64,000 nt of DNA from a bacterium (lineage in GTDB: Bacteria > UBA8248), in the NCBI GenBank assembly GCA_965204535.1, contig CBDBEV010000001.1, forward strand, positions 800,001 to 864,000. Direction: 5' to 3'. Position 1 is the first letter of the stretch; each line of letters begins with the position of its first letter. Below the pieces are notes generated by a model. That model was given only the letters and a program-made list of their open reading frames with translations, did not search any database and was not told the origin of the DNA. The translations under genes and the position numbers were made by a program. Shown here piece after piece: positions 1 through 9,539 of the stretch.

Positions 1-257
1 CCGGCGTCCCCTGCGGAGCGGTGAACGATCTGGGAGAGGTGTGCGATCATCCCCAGACGGCGCACCGTGAGATTTTCCCCGAAGTCGATGGCGAATACGG
101 CAGCCTCAAGATGTGCCGCTTTCCGGTGAAGTTCAGCGATATGTCGCCGAAGCTCGAGCACCCTCCCGGACTCAGCGCCCATACGGAAGAGGTGCTGGAG
201 AGTCTCGGCTACTCCCCGGACGACGTGGCGGACTTGCGCCGTGACGGTGTGATTTAA
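1..257 (+). CDS. CaiB/BaiF (family III) CoA-transferase, C-terminal part (5' end outside window)
   Basis: Typical C-terminus PVKFS...PPGLSAHTEEVLESLGYS...LRRDGVI; followed by an acyl-CoA dehydrogenase. Confidence 0.85.
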   Translation, partial: GVPCGAVNDLGEVCDHPQTAHREIFPEVDGEYGSLKMCRFPVKFSDMSPKLEHPPGLSAHTEEVLESLGYSPDDVADLRRDGVI

Positions 258-303
258 TACTTGGCGAAAATTCCAGTTATTCAAATTCAGGAGGAAACAT
301 CCC

Positions 304-1455
304 TTGCATTTCGAGTTCACCGAGCTACAGAAGAGCGTTCAGCGGATGATGAAGGAATTCGTGGACCGCGAGGTCATGCCCATCGCCATGGAGTACGAAC
401 TCGCCGACAAATACCCCACGCCCGTCGTGGAGAAGATGCAGGAACTGGGTTTTTTCGGCTTCACGATACCCGAGGAATACGGCGGGAGCGGCATGGACGA
501 GGTTTGCTACGCCATCGCCATGGAGGAGCTCTCCGTGGGCTGGATGAGCGTGGCGGGTATCCTCGGCACGCACATGATGACCGCCTGGATGCTGCTCAAC
601 TACGGAACGGATGAGCAGAAAAAGACCTACCTGCCGAAAATGGCCACCGGCGAGTGGCACTCGGGCATGGCGCTTACCGAGCCGGGTTCGGGCTCAGACG
701 CCGCCGCCCTCAAGACGCGCGCGGTGCGAGAAGACGACCAGTGGGTGATGAACGGCTCCAAGATGTTCATCTCGAACGCCGAGCACGGCACGATGTTCAG
801 CGTGTTCGCTCGCACCGATCCGGAAAAGCCCAAGGCGAAGGGCATCTCCTGCATCCTCGTCCACAAGGGAACGCCCGGCTTTCAGGTGAGCAGGCATCTC
901 AAGAAGATGGGCTACCGGGGCATCCGCACGAGCGAACTGGTGTTCGAGGACGCGCGCGTGCCGCTCGAGAATCTCCTGGGCCAGGAAAACGAGGGCTTTC
1001 CGATGATCATGAGCGGGCTCGAGGGCGGCCGCGTCAACGTGGCGGCGCGCAGCGTGGGACTGGCCCGCGCGGCCTTTGAGGATTCGATGCGCTATTCCCA
1101 ACAGCGCGAGACGTTCGGCAAGCCGCTGGCGGGCCATCAGCTGATCCAGGCGAAACTCGCCGAGATGGGGACGCGCATCCACGCGGCGAAGCTCATGACG
1201 TATCACGCCGCGAACCTGAAAGCCCAGGGCAAGCGTTGCGACCTCGAAGCCGGCATGGCCAAGTTCTTCGCTTCGGAGACAGCGGAGTTCTGCGCGAGCG
1301 AGGCCATTCAGGTGCACGGCGGCATGGGCTACATCCAGGAGTTGCCCGTGGAGCGCTATTTCAGGGACTCGAAACTCCTCGTGGTGGGCGAGGGATCGAA
1401 CGAGATTCAGCGCCTCATCATCGCCAAGAGGCTTCTGGAGCAATACCCCGCCTAA
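304..1455 (+). CDS. acyl-CoA dehydrogenase
   Basis: ALTEPGSGSDA, NGSKMFISN, QVHGGMGY, EGSNEIQR motifs; TTG start after GGAGG RBS. Confidence 0.95.
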   Translation: MHFEFTELQKSVQRMMKEFVDREVMPIAMEYELADKYPTPVVEKMQELGFFGFTIPEEYGGSGMDEVCYAIAMEELSVGWMSVAGILGTHMMTAWMLLNYGTDEQKKTYLPKMATGEWHSGMALTEPGSGSDAAALKTRAVREDDQWVMNGSKMFISNAEHGTMFSVFARTDPEKPKAKGISCILVHKGTPGFQVSRHLKKMGYRGIRTSELVFEDARVPLENLLGQENEGFPMIMSGLEGGRVNVAARSVGLARAAFEDSMRYSQQRETFGKPLAGHQLIQAKLAEMGTRIHAAKLMTYHAANLKAQGKRCDLEAGMAKFFASETAEFCASEAIQVHGGMGYIQELPVERYFRDSKLLVVGEGSNEIQRLIIAKRLLEQYPA

Positions 1456-1754
1456 AGAGGTGGGTGAGGGATAATATAGATGAGGGAGCGCGGATGAATT
1501 ATACGATAATGGGCGCTAAGCTAAATTACACGATGGATCATCTCTCGGCTGGTGATTTCACCAAACAAAGGTACGCGGCTCACTTTGGAGCAACCCTTAA
1601 TGCTGCGGGTTTAATACTTAATGATGCCAAAAAAGAAGGCTGGAATTGGGAGCGAACAGGCAAGGTATACAAAATGCCGAACGGTGTGCCAGCGGGTTGG
1701 ATACGAGAGAATAATGGTTCTTGGAGTTTTAGAGAACCCTCAAAGGAACAAGAC

Positions 1755-2258
1755 TTGCCGAACTTTCAGATGGGACGCTGGTATGAGGATTTCGTGGTGG
1801 GCGAGGTCATCAAGCACAGGCCGGGCCGCACCATACTCGAATCGGACAACACCTGGTTCACCCTGCTGACGAACAACACCCACCCGATTCATTTCGACGC
1901 CCACTATGCGTCCAAGACCCAGTTCGGTAAGCCGCTCGTCAATTCGGCCCTCACGCTGGCCGTGGTGGCCGGCATGACGGTCACCGACACGTCCTACCGC
2001 TCGGTGGCGAACCTGGAGTGGACCTACATCAAGATGCCCGCTCCCGTCTTCGCGGGCGATACGCTCTATTCGGAATCGGAGATTCTGGACAAGCGCGAAT
2101 CGAAGAGCCGGCCCGACCGCGGGGTCGTCACCATCAAGACGCGCGCCTACAACCAGCGCGGAGAACTCGTGATGGAATATGAGCGCAAGTCCATGGCCGC
2201 CAAGAAGGGCATGGGCGCCATTCCCGATTACGACAACATCGAACTGGACGGGGAGTAG
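1755..2258 (+). CDS. MaoC-family (R)-specific enoyl-CoA hydratase/dehydratase
   Basis: GRWYEDF.VG, NTHPIHFDAHYA, PVFAGDTL; AAGGA before TTG 1755; the frame stays open upstream to ATG 1494 through an AT-rich segment. Confidence 0.9.
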   Translation: MPNFQMGRWYEDFVVGEVIKHRPGRTILESDNTWFTLLTNNTHPIHFDAHYASKTQFGKPLVNSALTLAVVAGMTVTDTSYRSVANLEWTYIKMPAPVFAGDTLYSESEILDKRESKSRPDRGVVTIKTRAYNQRGELVMEYERKSMAAKKGMGAIPDYDNIELDGE

Positions 2259-2300
2259 GGGACACTCATCGGAATTACTGGTTGGGCGATTTAGTCGCTT

Positions 2301-2537
2301 CTATTTGCTCGTTCGCTCGATGAGGGTTCGCAGGGCGAGGCTGTCGTCCTCCGCTCGTTTCATGAGCACATCCAGCGCCTTGTCCCGCTCGCTCAACTCT
2401 CGCCGAATGAACCAGAACTCAACGCCGATGAGCACGCATCCCACAAAATAGATTGCGCCTGCCACCCATACGATGGGGTGTTGCGCCAAAAGCATTGATT
2501 GTTGCAGAAAAAGGGCCACCATCTCGAATTTGGTCAT
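2301..2537 (-). CDS. small hypothetical membrane protein
   Basis: One hydrophobic helix (IVWVAGAIYFVGCVLIGVEFWFI) then a coiled-coil-like tail; AAGGA RBS; lower GC. Confidence 0.55.
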   Translation of the reverse strand: MTKFEMVALFLQQSMLLAQHPIVWVAGAIYFVGCVLIGVEFWFIRRELSERDKALDVLMKRAEDDSLALRTLIERTSK

Positions 2538-2766
2538 CGTCCTTTTCTTCCAGATTGTATGCCGGTTACCCAACCCCATATTGGGTTCTCAGAAGAACAC
2601 CTGTCAACTCTGCTCACCTGAATCGCCTCTCGCATCTTTCTCCATGGCGCTCGCGTGGTGGTGGACGCGCTTGAATATTCCGGCTTGAAGTGGTTTTATG
2701 GACGAAGCAAGAGAGAATGCGTTCCACACCCGGTTCAAGTTGCGTCGCCTCGGAAGGGATATTGAA

Positions 2767-3231
2767 TTGAAGAGCGCAAACCAAGTCGCTCAAAACATAA
2801 TCGGATTCTCGCACGAGCACGGCGACCCCATATCGAATCTCAAGCTCCAAAAGCTGCTCTACTACGCGCAGGCGTGGTATCTTGCGCTCTATGACGTGCC
2901 TTTGTTCGACGATCCCATTGAGGCGTGGGTTCATGGTCCGGTCGTTCCCTCGGTTTATGGGAAATACAAAGGGTGGTCGTGGCGGCCAATCGACATTGAA
3001 CCGGAGGAAGAAGAATTCGATTCGCAGACGCGGAACCACCTCGACGAAGTCATGGACGTGTACGGAGGGCTGAGCGCCTACGATCTGGAAAAACTTACCC
3101 ATCAAGAGGACCCTTGGCGAAATGCGCGTGGGGATCTGCCGCCGGATGCCCCGTCGAATAACGTGATTTCTCATCAAGACATGAGGGATTACTACAAGGT
3201 GAGGGTCGATGGGAAAGATCAGGCGGGGTAA
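2767..3231 (+). CDS. Panacea-domain (DUF4065/SocA/GepA) antitoxin
   Basis: ISNLKLQKLLYYAQ...FDDPIEAWVHGPVVPSVY...LEKLTHQEDPW signature; likely TTG start at 2767 (ORF open from 2698). Confidence 0.9.
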   Translation: MKSANQVAQNIIGFSHEHGDPISNLKLQKLLYYAQAWYLALYDVPLFDDPIEAWVHGPVVPSVYGKYKGWSWRPIDIEPEEEEFDSQTRNHLDEVMDVYGGLSAYDLEKLTHQEDPWRNARGDLPPDAPSNNVISHQDMRDYYKVRVDGKDQAG

Positions 3232-3652
3232 GGTTCCACGTTTAGCCGAAGCAATCCCATCTGTTCAACCGCTGCCGGATACGGACACGCTCCGGTTTTC
3301 CTTCAAGCACCTGGATCTGACGGGGAACGCGAAGTTCAGTCTTACTCGTTGCCGGGATGGGTATCTGAAAACCCTTCTGGAGCGTCTCCGGGACTTGTCG
3401 CGCTTGACCGTAAAAGAGTTTCGGACGAGCAGATCGAGCGCTCTTCGTTCCCATCCCATCGATTTCAGCGAGACCACGGAACCACAGGGATTCCACGCCC
3501 TCAACGAGCAGCTTCGATCCGAGCAGGCGTGGCAATTTCAACTCACCGCAAACGAGCATGGGCGCGTTCACGGGATACTGTTGTTGGACACTTTCTACGT
3601 CGTGTGGATCGACTCCGATCATGAACTTTATTCTTCACAAAGGCAGGGATGA
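3209..3652 (+). CDS. putative toxin paired with the Panacea antitoxin (RelE-like mRNase fold, inferred)
   Basis: Overlaps the antitoxin stop; FSFKHLD N-terminal motif and GRVHGILL..TFYVVWID..HELY C-terminal motif. Confidence 0.6.
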   Translation: MGKIRRGKVPRLAEAIPSVQPLPDTDTLRFSFKHLDLTGNAKFSLTRCRDGYLKTLLERLRDLSRLTVKEFRTSRSSALRSHPIDFSETTEPQGFHALNEQLRSEQAWQFQLTANEHGRVHGILLLDTFYVVWIDSDHELYSSQRQG

Positions 3653-3870
3653 CCCCGCTCCACTTGAACGATCCGGATAACTGACGCGTAGGATGAAGCA
3701 TGCAGCCTGGATTCTCCCGCTTCCTCTCCTCCTTTCACCCCCCACACCCCTTTGCGGCCCTTGGGGCGTGTGGTAGTATCTCGCGGTTGTATTTCGGAAC
3801 GAGGGGCTTAGTGCGAAGGTCAGAGGCTTCTCATCCATTCCAGACACCTGATTCGAGCGAGGGACAAGTC

Positions 3871-5052
3871 TTGTCTGAAGAACTGAATCCGCATCTGCGT
3901 TTGCTGCTGGGTCCGGGGCCGAGCCCGGTTCACCCGAGAATCCTCAAAGCCATGAGCACACACGTGGTGGGGCATCTGGATCCTGATTTCCTCTCGGTCA
4001 TGGACGATTGCCAGATAATGCTGCGCGATCTGTTCAACACCGAGAACCAGGTGACGTTCCCCGTATCGGGCACGGGCAGCGCTGCGATGGAGGCGTCGGT
4101 CTGCAACATCATCGAGCCGGGCGATAAGGCCATCATCTGTGTGAACGGCGTGTTCGGCGGACGCATGAACGACGTGGCGTCGCGCTACGGGGCGGACGTC
4201 GTCACCGTGGAGGCCCCGTGGGGTCAGCCCATCAACCCACAGGACGTGAAAGCAGCCCTCGACGCCAATCCGGACGCCGTGATGGTGGGGCTCGTCCATG
4301 CGGAGACGAGCACGGGCGTTCTCCAGCCGATGGAGGAAATCGGCGCGATGTGTCGCGAGCACGGCGCGCTCTTGCTGCTCGATTGCGTCACCTCCCTGGG
4401 CGGTGTGCCCGTGGAACTCGACAAATGGGGGGTGGAGGTCGCCTACAGCGGCACGCAGAAGTGCCTGGCCTGTCCGCCGGGCGTTGCGCCCGTCACCTTC
4501 AGCGAGCGCGCGCTCGGCAAGGTGCGCGAGCGAAAATCGAAGGTCACGAGCTGGTATTTCGACGTGAGCATGGTGGAGAAATACTGGGGCAACGAGCGCG
4601 TCTATCACCATACCGGCCCCATTTCCATGAACTACGCGATCAGAGAAGCGCTCCGGATCATCTTCGATGAGGGTTTGGAAGCCCGCTTTGCGAGGCACGC
4701 CCTGGCGAGCAAGGCGCTCCAGGCGGGCGTCGAGGCGCTCGGGCTTTCCATGTTCGCCCAGGAAGGCGCGCGTACGCCTACGCTCAATACCGTCGCCCTG
4801 AGAGACGGCATGGACGACGCGGCGGTGCGCAAGAGCCTGCTCAACGATTTCAACATCGAGATCGGCGGTGGACTGGGCGCGGTGGCCGGCAAGATATGGC
4901 GGGTCGGCATGATGGGCCACGGGGCCACCCAGGCGAACGTGGTCTACCTTCTCTCGGCGCTTGAGGTAATTTTCTCCAAATTGGGGTATATTACAAAGGC
5001 TGGAGATGGTGTCGGAGCCGCTTCGCAGGTCTACGCCGACGCGGCTTCCTGA
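3871..5052 (+). CDS. alanine-glyoxylate/serine-pyruvate aminotransferase (class V PLP)
   Basis: [33 protein letters not shown] (PLP Lys), YHHTGP; TTG start after GAGGGA. Confidence 0.93.
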   Translation: MSEELNPHLRLLLGPGPSPVHPRILKAMSTHVVGHLDPDFLSVMDDCQIMLRDLFNTENQVTFPVSGTGSAAMEASVCNIIEPGDKAIICVNGVFGGRMNDVASRYGADVVTVEAPWGQPINPQDVKAALDANPDAVMVGLVHAETSTGVLQPMEEIGAMCREHGALLLLDCVTSLGGVPVELDKWGVEVAYSGTQKCLACPPGVAPVTFSERALGKVRERKSKVTSWYFDVSMVEKYWGNERVYHHTGPISMNYAIREALRIIFDEGLEARFARHALASKALQAGVEALGLSMFAQEGARTPTLNTVALRDGMDDAAVRKSLLNDFNIEIGGGLGAVAGKIWRVGMMGHGATQANVVYLLSALEVIFSKLGYITKAGDGVGAASQVYADAAS

Positions 5053-5075
5053 TCCTTCGCCATAGGAGTTTTTCG

Positions 5076-5276
5076 ATGTTCCCGATGAATATGGGCATTC
5101 CCGAGCTTCTGGTCATCCTCGCGATATGCGTGCTGGTCTTCGGCGCGAAGCGCCTGCCCGAGATCGGCTCGGGCCTCGCTCGCGGCATCAAGAGCTTCAA
5201 GAAGGGGATGAGCGACGACCCGGAACTGCCCGACAAGAAAGAGGCGTCCGCCGCCGGAGAGGGCGACAAGGGCTGA
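5076..5276 (+). CDS. tatA: twin-arginine translocase subunit TatA
   Basis: [36 protein letters not shown]. Confidence 0.95.
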   Translation: MFPMNMGIPELLVILAICVLVFGAKRLPEIGSGLARGIKSFKKGMSDDPELPDKKEASAAGEGDKG

Positions 5277-5521
5277 AGAGCCGGTTCGCCGCTGTCCGCG
5301 CCTGAGTTTCGAGGCTTGGCGATCCTCGTCGCGGCTGGTCGTTTCTCATAGAAGGCGATTACGCAGCCGCGCCTTTACATCGTTGCGGGAAACAGGCCGT
5401 GAGGGGCAGCGCGGTCTTTCGCCTTACAGGGGATGCCGGGCGAACTCCCCTGAACGACTCCGAATTTTGCGGCCAGCCCTGCGCGCGCAGCGGTTGGTTT
5501 TTTCGTTCCCGGAGATACCAG

Positions 5522-6763
5522 GTGGAATTCTTCAAGGTCGTATCGCCCGAAGAAGCGAAAGAGGCACTTCAGGACTTCCGCGCCTTGGGGTCGGAAAGCC
5601 TTTCTTCTTTTGGCGCCGTGGGCCGCGTCTTGGCCTGTGACGTCCGCTCACCGGTCGATCTGCCCGATTTCCCGCGCGCCACAATGGACGGCTACGCGCT
5701 CCGGGCTTCGGATTCCTTCGGTGCGAGCGAGGCCATTCCCGCCTATCTCGACGTCATCGGCCAGGTGCCGATGGGTGCGGCGCCCGACTTTTCGGTGAGC
5801 CGGGGCGAGGCGGCGCGCATCCTGACGGGCGGCATGGTGCCGGAAGGCGCCGACGCGGTGGTGATGGAGGAGTTCACCTCGGCCCCGGACGCGGAGACGC
5901 TCGAAGTTCGGCGTCCCGCCGCTGTGGGCGAGAATGTCCTTGGCGTAGGCGATGACATGAAAGAAGGCGAGTTGATTCTTGGGGAGGGCGCTCGTCTCAG
6001 AAGCCAGGACGTCGGCGCGCTCGCGGGCGTGGGGGTCACGACGGTGGAAGTCCACCGCCGCCCCAGGGTGGCGATACTGCCTACGGGTGATGAATTGGTC
6101 GATCCGCGCGAGACACCCCGCGCGGGCCAGGTGCGCGACATCAACCGCTTCTCGCTCGCGGCGGGGGTGACCGAGGCGGGAGGGGAGCCCGAGACCGAAG
6201 ACATCCTCCCCGACGATCTCGCAATCATCAAAGAACGCCTCCATCAAGCGGTCAGCCGTGCGGACGTCGTGCTCATCTCGGGCGGAAGCTCCATGGGCCT
6301 TCGCGACTATACGGTCGAGGCCATCGACTCCCTGGGAGAACCGGGCGTTTTGGTGCACGGCATCTCAATAAAGCCCGGCAAGCCGACCATCATCGGGCGC
6401 ATCGTTCGGGACGAGGAGGACAAGGCCGTCATCGGCATTCCGGGGCATCCGGTTTCTGCGCTCATGATTTTTCACGCTTTCGTACGGCCCGTCATCAGGC
6501 AGTTGAGTGGGGAGGTAACCCGTCCCGATGTGGAGAGGGAAGGTCTTGCAGCCACCCTGTCGAGGAACGTGGCCTCCGCTCCCGGGCGCGAGGATTTGGT
6601 CCGCGTCGCGGTGGAAGAGGGCGAGAGCGGACGGCTCGCCCATCCCCTGATGGGCAATTCCGCGATGATTTCGACCATGACGAAGGCGGACGGCTACATC
6701 ACGATTCCGCTGGAAGCCGAGGGGCTGCGCGAGGGAGCACAGGTGCGCGTGCATCTCTATTGA
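5522..6763 (+). CDS. moeA: molybdopterin molybdotransferase MoeA
   Basis: PDFPRATMDGYA, TGDEL, SGGSSMG.RD, IKPGKP, GIPGHPVS; GTG start after GGAG. Confidence 0.95.
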   Translation: MEFFKVVSPEEAKEALQDFRALGSESLSSFGAVGRVLACDVRSPVDLPDFPRATMDGYALRASDSFGASEAIPAYLDVIGQVPMGAAPDFSVSRGEAARILTGGMVPEGADAVVMEEFTSAPDAETLEVRRPAAVGENVLGVGDDMKEGELILGEGARLRSQDVGALAGVGVTTVEVHRRPRVAILPTGDELVDPRETPRAGQVRDINRFSLAAGVTEAGGEPETEDILPDDLAIIKERLHQAVSRADVVLISGGSSMGLRDYTVEAIDSLGEPGVLVHGISIKPGKPTIIGRIVRDEEDKAVIGIPGHPVSALMIFHAFVRPVIRQLSGEVTRPDVEREGLAATLSRNVASAPGREDLVRVAVEEGESGRLAHPLMGNSAMISTMTKADGYITIPLEAEGLREGAQVRVHLY

Positions 6764-6816
6764 GCGCGCCTCGCGTTTTTCTCGGTAATTATCGTTTTTG
6801 ATGAAGTCGTGGTCGC

Positions 6817-7443
6817 TCAGGAAATTTCTCGGTCGCTTAGAGCTAGGTTGGCCGCTTTGCGTGGTTGCGCAAGCTCGAAACCGGGTCGCGACGACTCCAT
6901 GAAAGTTATCGATTCATAGAAGTCGTCCAGCGGTACGAATATGCCGTTATCCTCCGCCCATTTGCGCATCCGCGGGTTCACGCAGTGTGACCACGAGAGT
7001 ATCTCCACGCGCCAGCCGCGTTTGTGCATCCGTTCCAGCGTGCTGTGAAAGCCTGCTCCTTCACGATAACCTGCACCGTCGCCAGTCAACACCACCACAA
7101 TTCCGGGAGCGCCGTTGTTATCGAGAGCGTCTTCCAGCATCCGCAATTGTAATATCCGGTCGGGCATGTCTTGCTCGCCGCGTTCGGGAGAGCCGCGATC
7201 AAACAGGTGGACTTCCACTCCCTGTCCTTCCATACGATTCCATAAGTGGCGCATTTCCGGCGGCACGGATCCGGCCGCAATCGCCTTTTCCATGGGCCGG
7301 TCGGCATGGGCCAGGCGGAGCATGTTCTCGAAATCGATGCGGACACGGGAGCGGGCGTCCGGTCCTTCGCTTCGCTGCTCGGCCAGTCTTTGCGCCTCGT
7401 GAAAGATGTTCGAGTTATCCCAATAAATAAAAACACGATCCAT
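6817..7443 (-). CDS. NYN-domain (LabA/DUF88, PIN-like) predicted ribonuclease
   Basis: VFIYWDNSN, EQDMPD, VVLTGDG..GF..LERMHKRGWRVEILSW; lower GC; opposite strand, between the two moeA genes. Confidence 0.85.
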   Translation of the reverse strand: MDRVFIYWDNSNIFHEAQRLAEQRSEGPDARSRVRIDFENMLRLAHADRPMEKAIAAGSVPPEMRHLWNRMEGQGVEVHLFDRGSPERGEQDMPDRILQLRMLEDALDNNGAPGIVVVLTGDGAGYREGAGFHSTLERMHKRGWRVEILSWSHCVNPRMRKWAEDNGIFVPLDDFYESITFMESSRPGFELAQPRKAANLALSDREIS

Positions 7444-7573
7444 TTACGTGACTCCTTACCGGAAATCTGTTCATACCTTATAAAATGCTATCATGGCTGC
7501 GTTTATAATGACAATTTTAGTTGGTCGGAACTATAATCATACTTCTTTTTTTCATCGAATCGGGTATCGGCGA

Positions 7574-9535
7574 ATGAATGATTTGCCCCTGGCCCAGGGG
7601 GGCCGGAAAATCTATCTCGAAAACATCCCGCGCGAAGAGGCGCTCTCGCGTCTTCTGGAGAAGGTGGGTGACTTCCGCTTGGGTGAAGAAGAAATCGCTA
7701 CGGCGGAGGCATATGGGCGCGTGACCTCGCGCGCGGCCTACGCGCGGATTTCCAGTCCTCATTTTCATGCCGCCGCCATGGACGGCTACGCCCTCGCCTC
7801 GGTGGAAACCTCGGGCGCCACGCCCGTGACGCCGAAGGAGTTCCTGCTGGGCGAGGAAGCCCATCCTCTCGATACGGGCGACCCCATGCCCGAGGGGATG
7901 GACTGCGTCGTCATGATCGAACACGTTCACGAGGCGAGTCCCGGCGCCATCTGTATCGAGGCCGCACTATCCCCCTGGCAGAACGTGCGCGTGGCGGGAG
8001 AAGACGTCGTCGAAGGCCAGCTCATCCTTACGGCGGGGCACGTTTTGAGGCCCTACGATCTGGGGGCGCTGCTCGCGACGGGGGTCACGAGGGTGTGGGT
8101 GCGGCGGCGTCCGCGGGTCGCCATCATCCCCACGGGGGATGAACTCGTGGAAGCGGGCGCCGAATTGAAGCCCGGCGATTTGGTGGAGTTCAATTCGAGC
8201 GTCATGTCCGCCTTCATCACCGAATGGGGAGGAGAGGCGCTCCCCGGCCCGATTCTCGAAGACAGGTTCGAAGCTATCGAGACTGCGGTTCGGGATGCGC
8301 TGGAGAGCGCCGACATCGTTCTGGTGAACGCCGGTTCATCCGCAGGGCGTGAGGATCACACCGCCGCCGTCGTGGAAAAACTCGGAGAACTCCTCGTGCA
8401 CGGCGTAGCCATCTTCCCTGGCAAGCCCACGATACTGGGCGTTTGTGCGTCGGAATCGGGCGCGCGCAAGCCCATTCTCGGGATTCCGGGCTATCCGGTC
8501 TCGGCGGTGCTGGCGCTTCAGGAGTTCGTGCGTCCGCTCATGGCGCACATGGCGGGCGCGGCCCCCGGAGAGGAGGAGCGCATCAAGGCCTTCATGAGCC
8601 GGAAGAGCGCATCGCGGCTCGGGATGGAGGAGTTCCTGCGCGTGAAGCTCGGCCAGGTGGGCGAGCGGATGGTTTGTCTGCCCGCCAAGCGCGGGGCCAG
8701 CGTCATCAGCTCGCTCGTGGAGGCGGACGGCGTGGTGCGCGTTCCCGCCCATTCGGAGGGGATCGAGACGGGCGAGGAGGTGGCGGTCGAACTCTTGAGG
8801 CCGCTCGCCGATATACGGGGCAACCTGCTCATGGCGGGCAGCCACGATAACGCGCTCGACCTTCTGGCGGATGAGTTGAAAGCGCGCCACCACGACGCGC
8901 GTCTTTCCGCCTCGGCGGTGGGTTCGCTGGCGGGCCTCATCGCCGTGCGCGACGGCGAGGCGCACATCGCGGGCAGTCACCTGCTCGATCCGGAAACCGG
9001 GGAGTACAACTGGTACTACATCGATCGCTATCTGAAGAGCCGCGAGGTCGTGGTGGTGAATTTCGTGCAAAGAGAACAGGGCATCCTCACCCCGAAAGGC
9101 AATCCCAAGGAGGTTGCGGGCGTAGCCGACCTGAGCCGTGAGGATGTCGCCATCGTGAACCGCCAGAGCGGGGCGGGTACGCGGGTGCTGCTCGATCACC
9201 TGATGGCGCGCGAGGGCCTCTCGCCCGGTGATATCCGTGGCTATGAGCGGGTGGAGACCACGCACATGGCGGTGGCCATGGCGGTGGCGGCCGGACGCGC
9301 CGATTGCGGCCTGGGGATTTTCGCCGCCGCCCACATGCTGAACCTCGATTTCATCCCGCTTGAGCGCGAACGGTTCGATTTCATCGTGCCCAAAGAACAC
9401 TGGGAAGCGCCGGCGATAGGCAAGGTGATGGATATTTTGAACGACAAGGATTTTCGGGATGCCATGGAGGCTTTAGGGGGGTATAATACGGCGTTGACCG
9501 GCCGGGTGATGGCCGCACCCCCAAAGGAAGGCTAG
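7574..9535 (+). CDS. moeA: MoeA fused to a C-terminal PBP-superfamily domain (molybdopterin/tungsten cofactor biosynthesis protein)
   Basis: AAMDGYA, TGDEL, GSSAGRED, PGKP; C-terminal GSHD, GSLAGL, AGSHLLD, NRQSGAGTR. Confidence 0.93.
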   Translation: MNDLPLAQGGRKIYLENIPREEALSRLLEKVGDFRLGEEEIATAEAYGRVTSRAAYARISSPHFHAAAMDGYALASVETSGATPVTPKEFLLGEEAHPLDTGDPMPEGMDCVVMIEHVHEASPGAICIEAALSPWQNVRVAGEDVVEGQLILTAGHVLRPYDLGALLATGVTRVWVRRRPRVAIIPTGDELVEAGAELKPGDLVEFNSSVMSAFITEWGGEALPGPILEDRFEAIETAVRDALESADIVLVNAGSSAGREDHTAAVVEKLGELLVHGVAIFPGKPTILGVCASESGARKPILGIPGYPVSAVLALQEFVRPLMAHMAGAAPGEEERIKAFMSRKSASRLGMEEFLRVKLGQVGERMVCLPAKRGASVISSLVEADGVVRVPAHSEGIETGEEVAVELLRPLADIRGNLLMAGSHDNALDLLADELKARHHDARLSASAVGSLAGLIAVRDGEAHIAGSHLLDPETGEYNWYYIDRYLKSREVVVVNFVQREQGILTPKGNPKEVAGVADLSREDVAIVNRQSGAGTRVLLDHLMAREGLSPGDIRGYERVETTHMAVAMAVAAGRADCGLGIFAAAHMLNLDFIPLERERFDFIVPKEHWEAPAIGKVMDILNDKDFRDAMEALGGYNTALTGRVMAAPPKEG

Positions 9536-9539
9536 GGAA

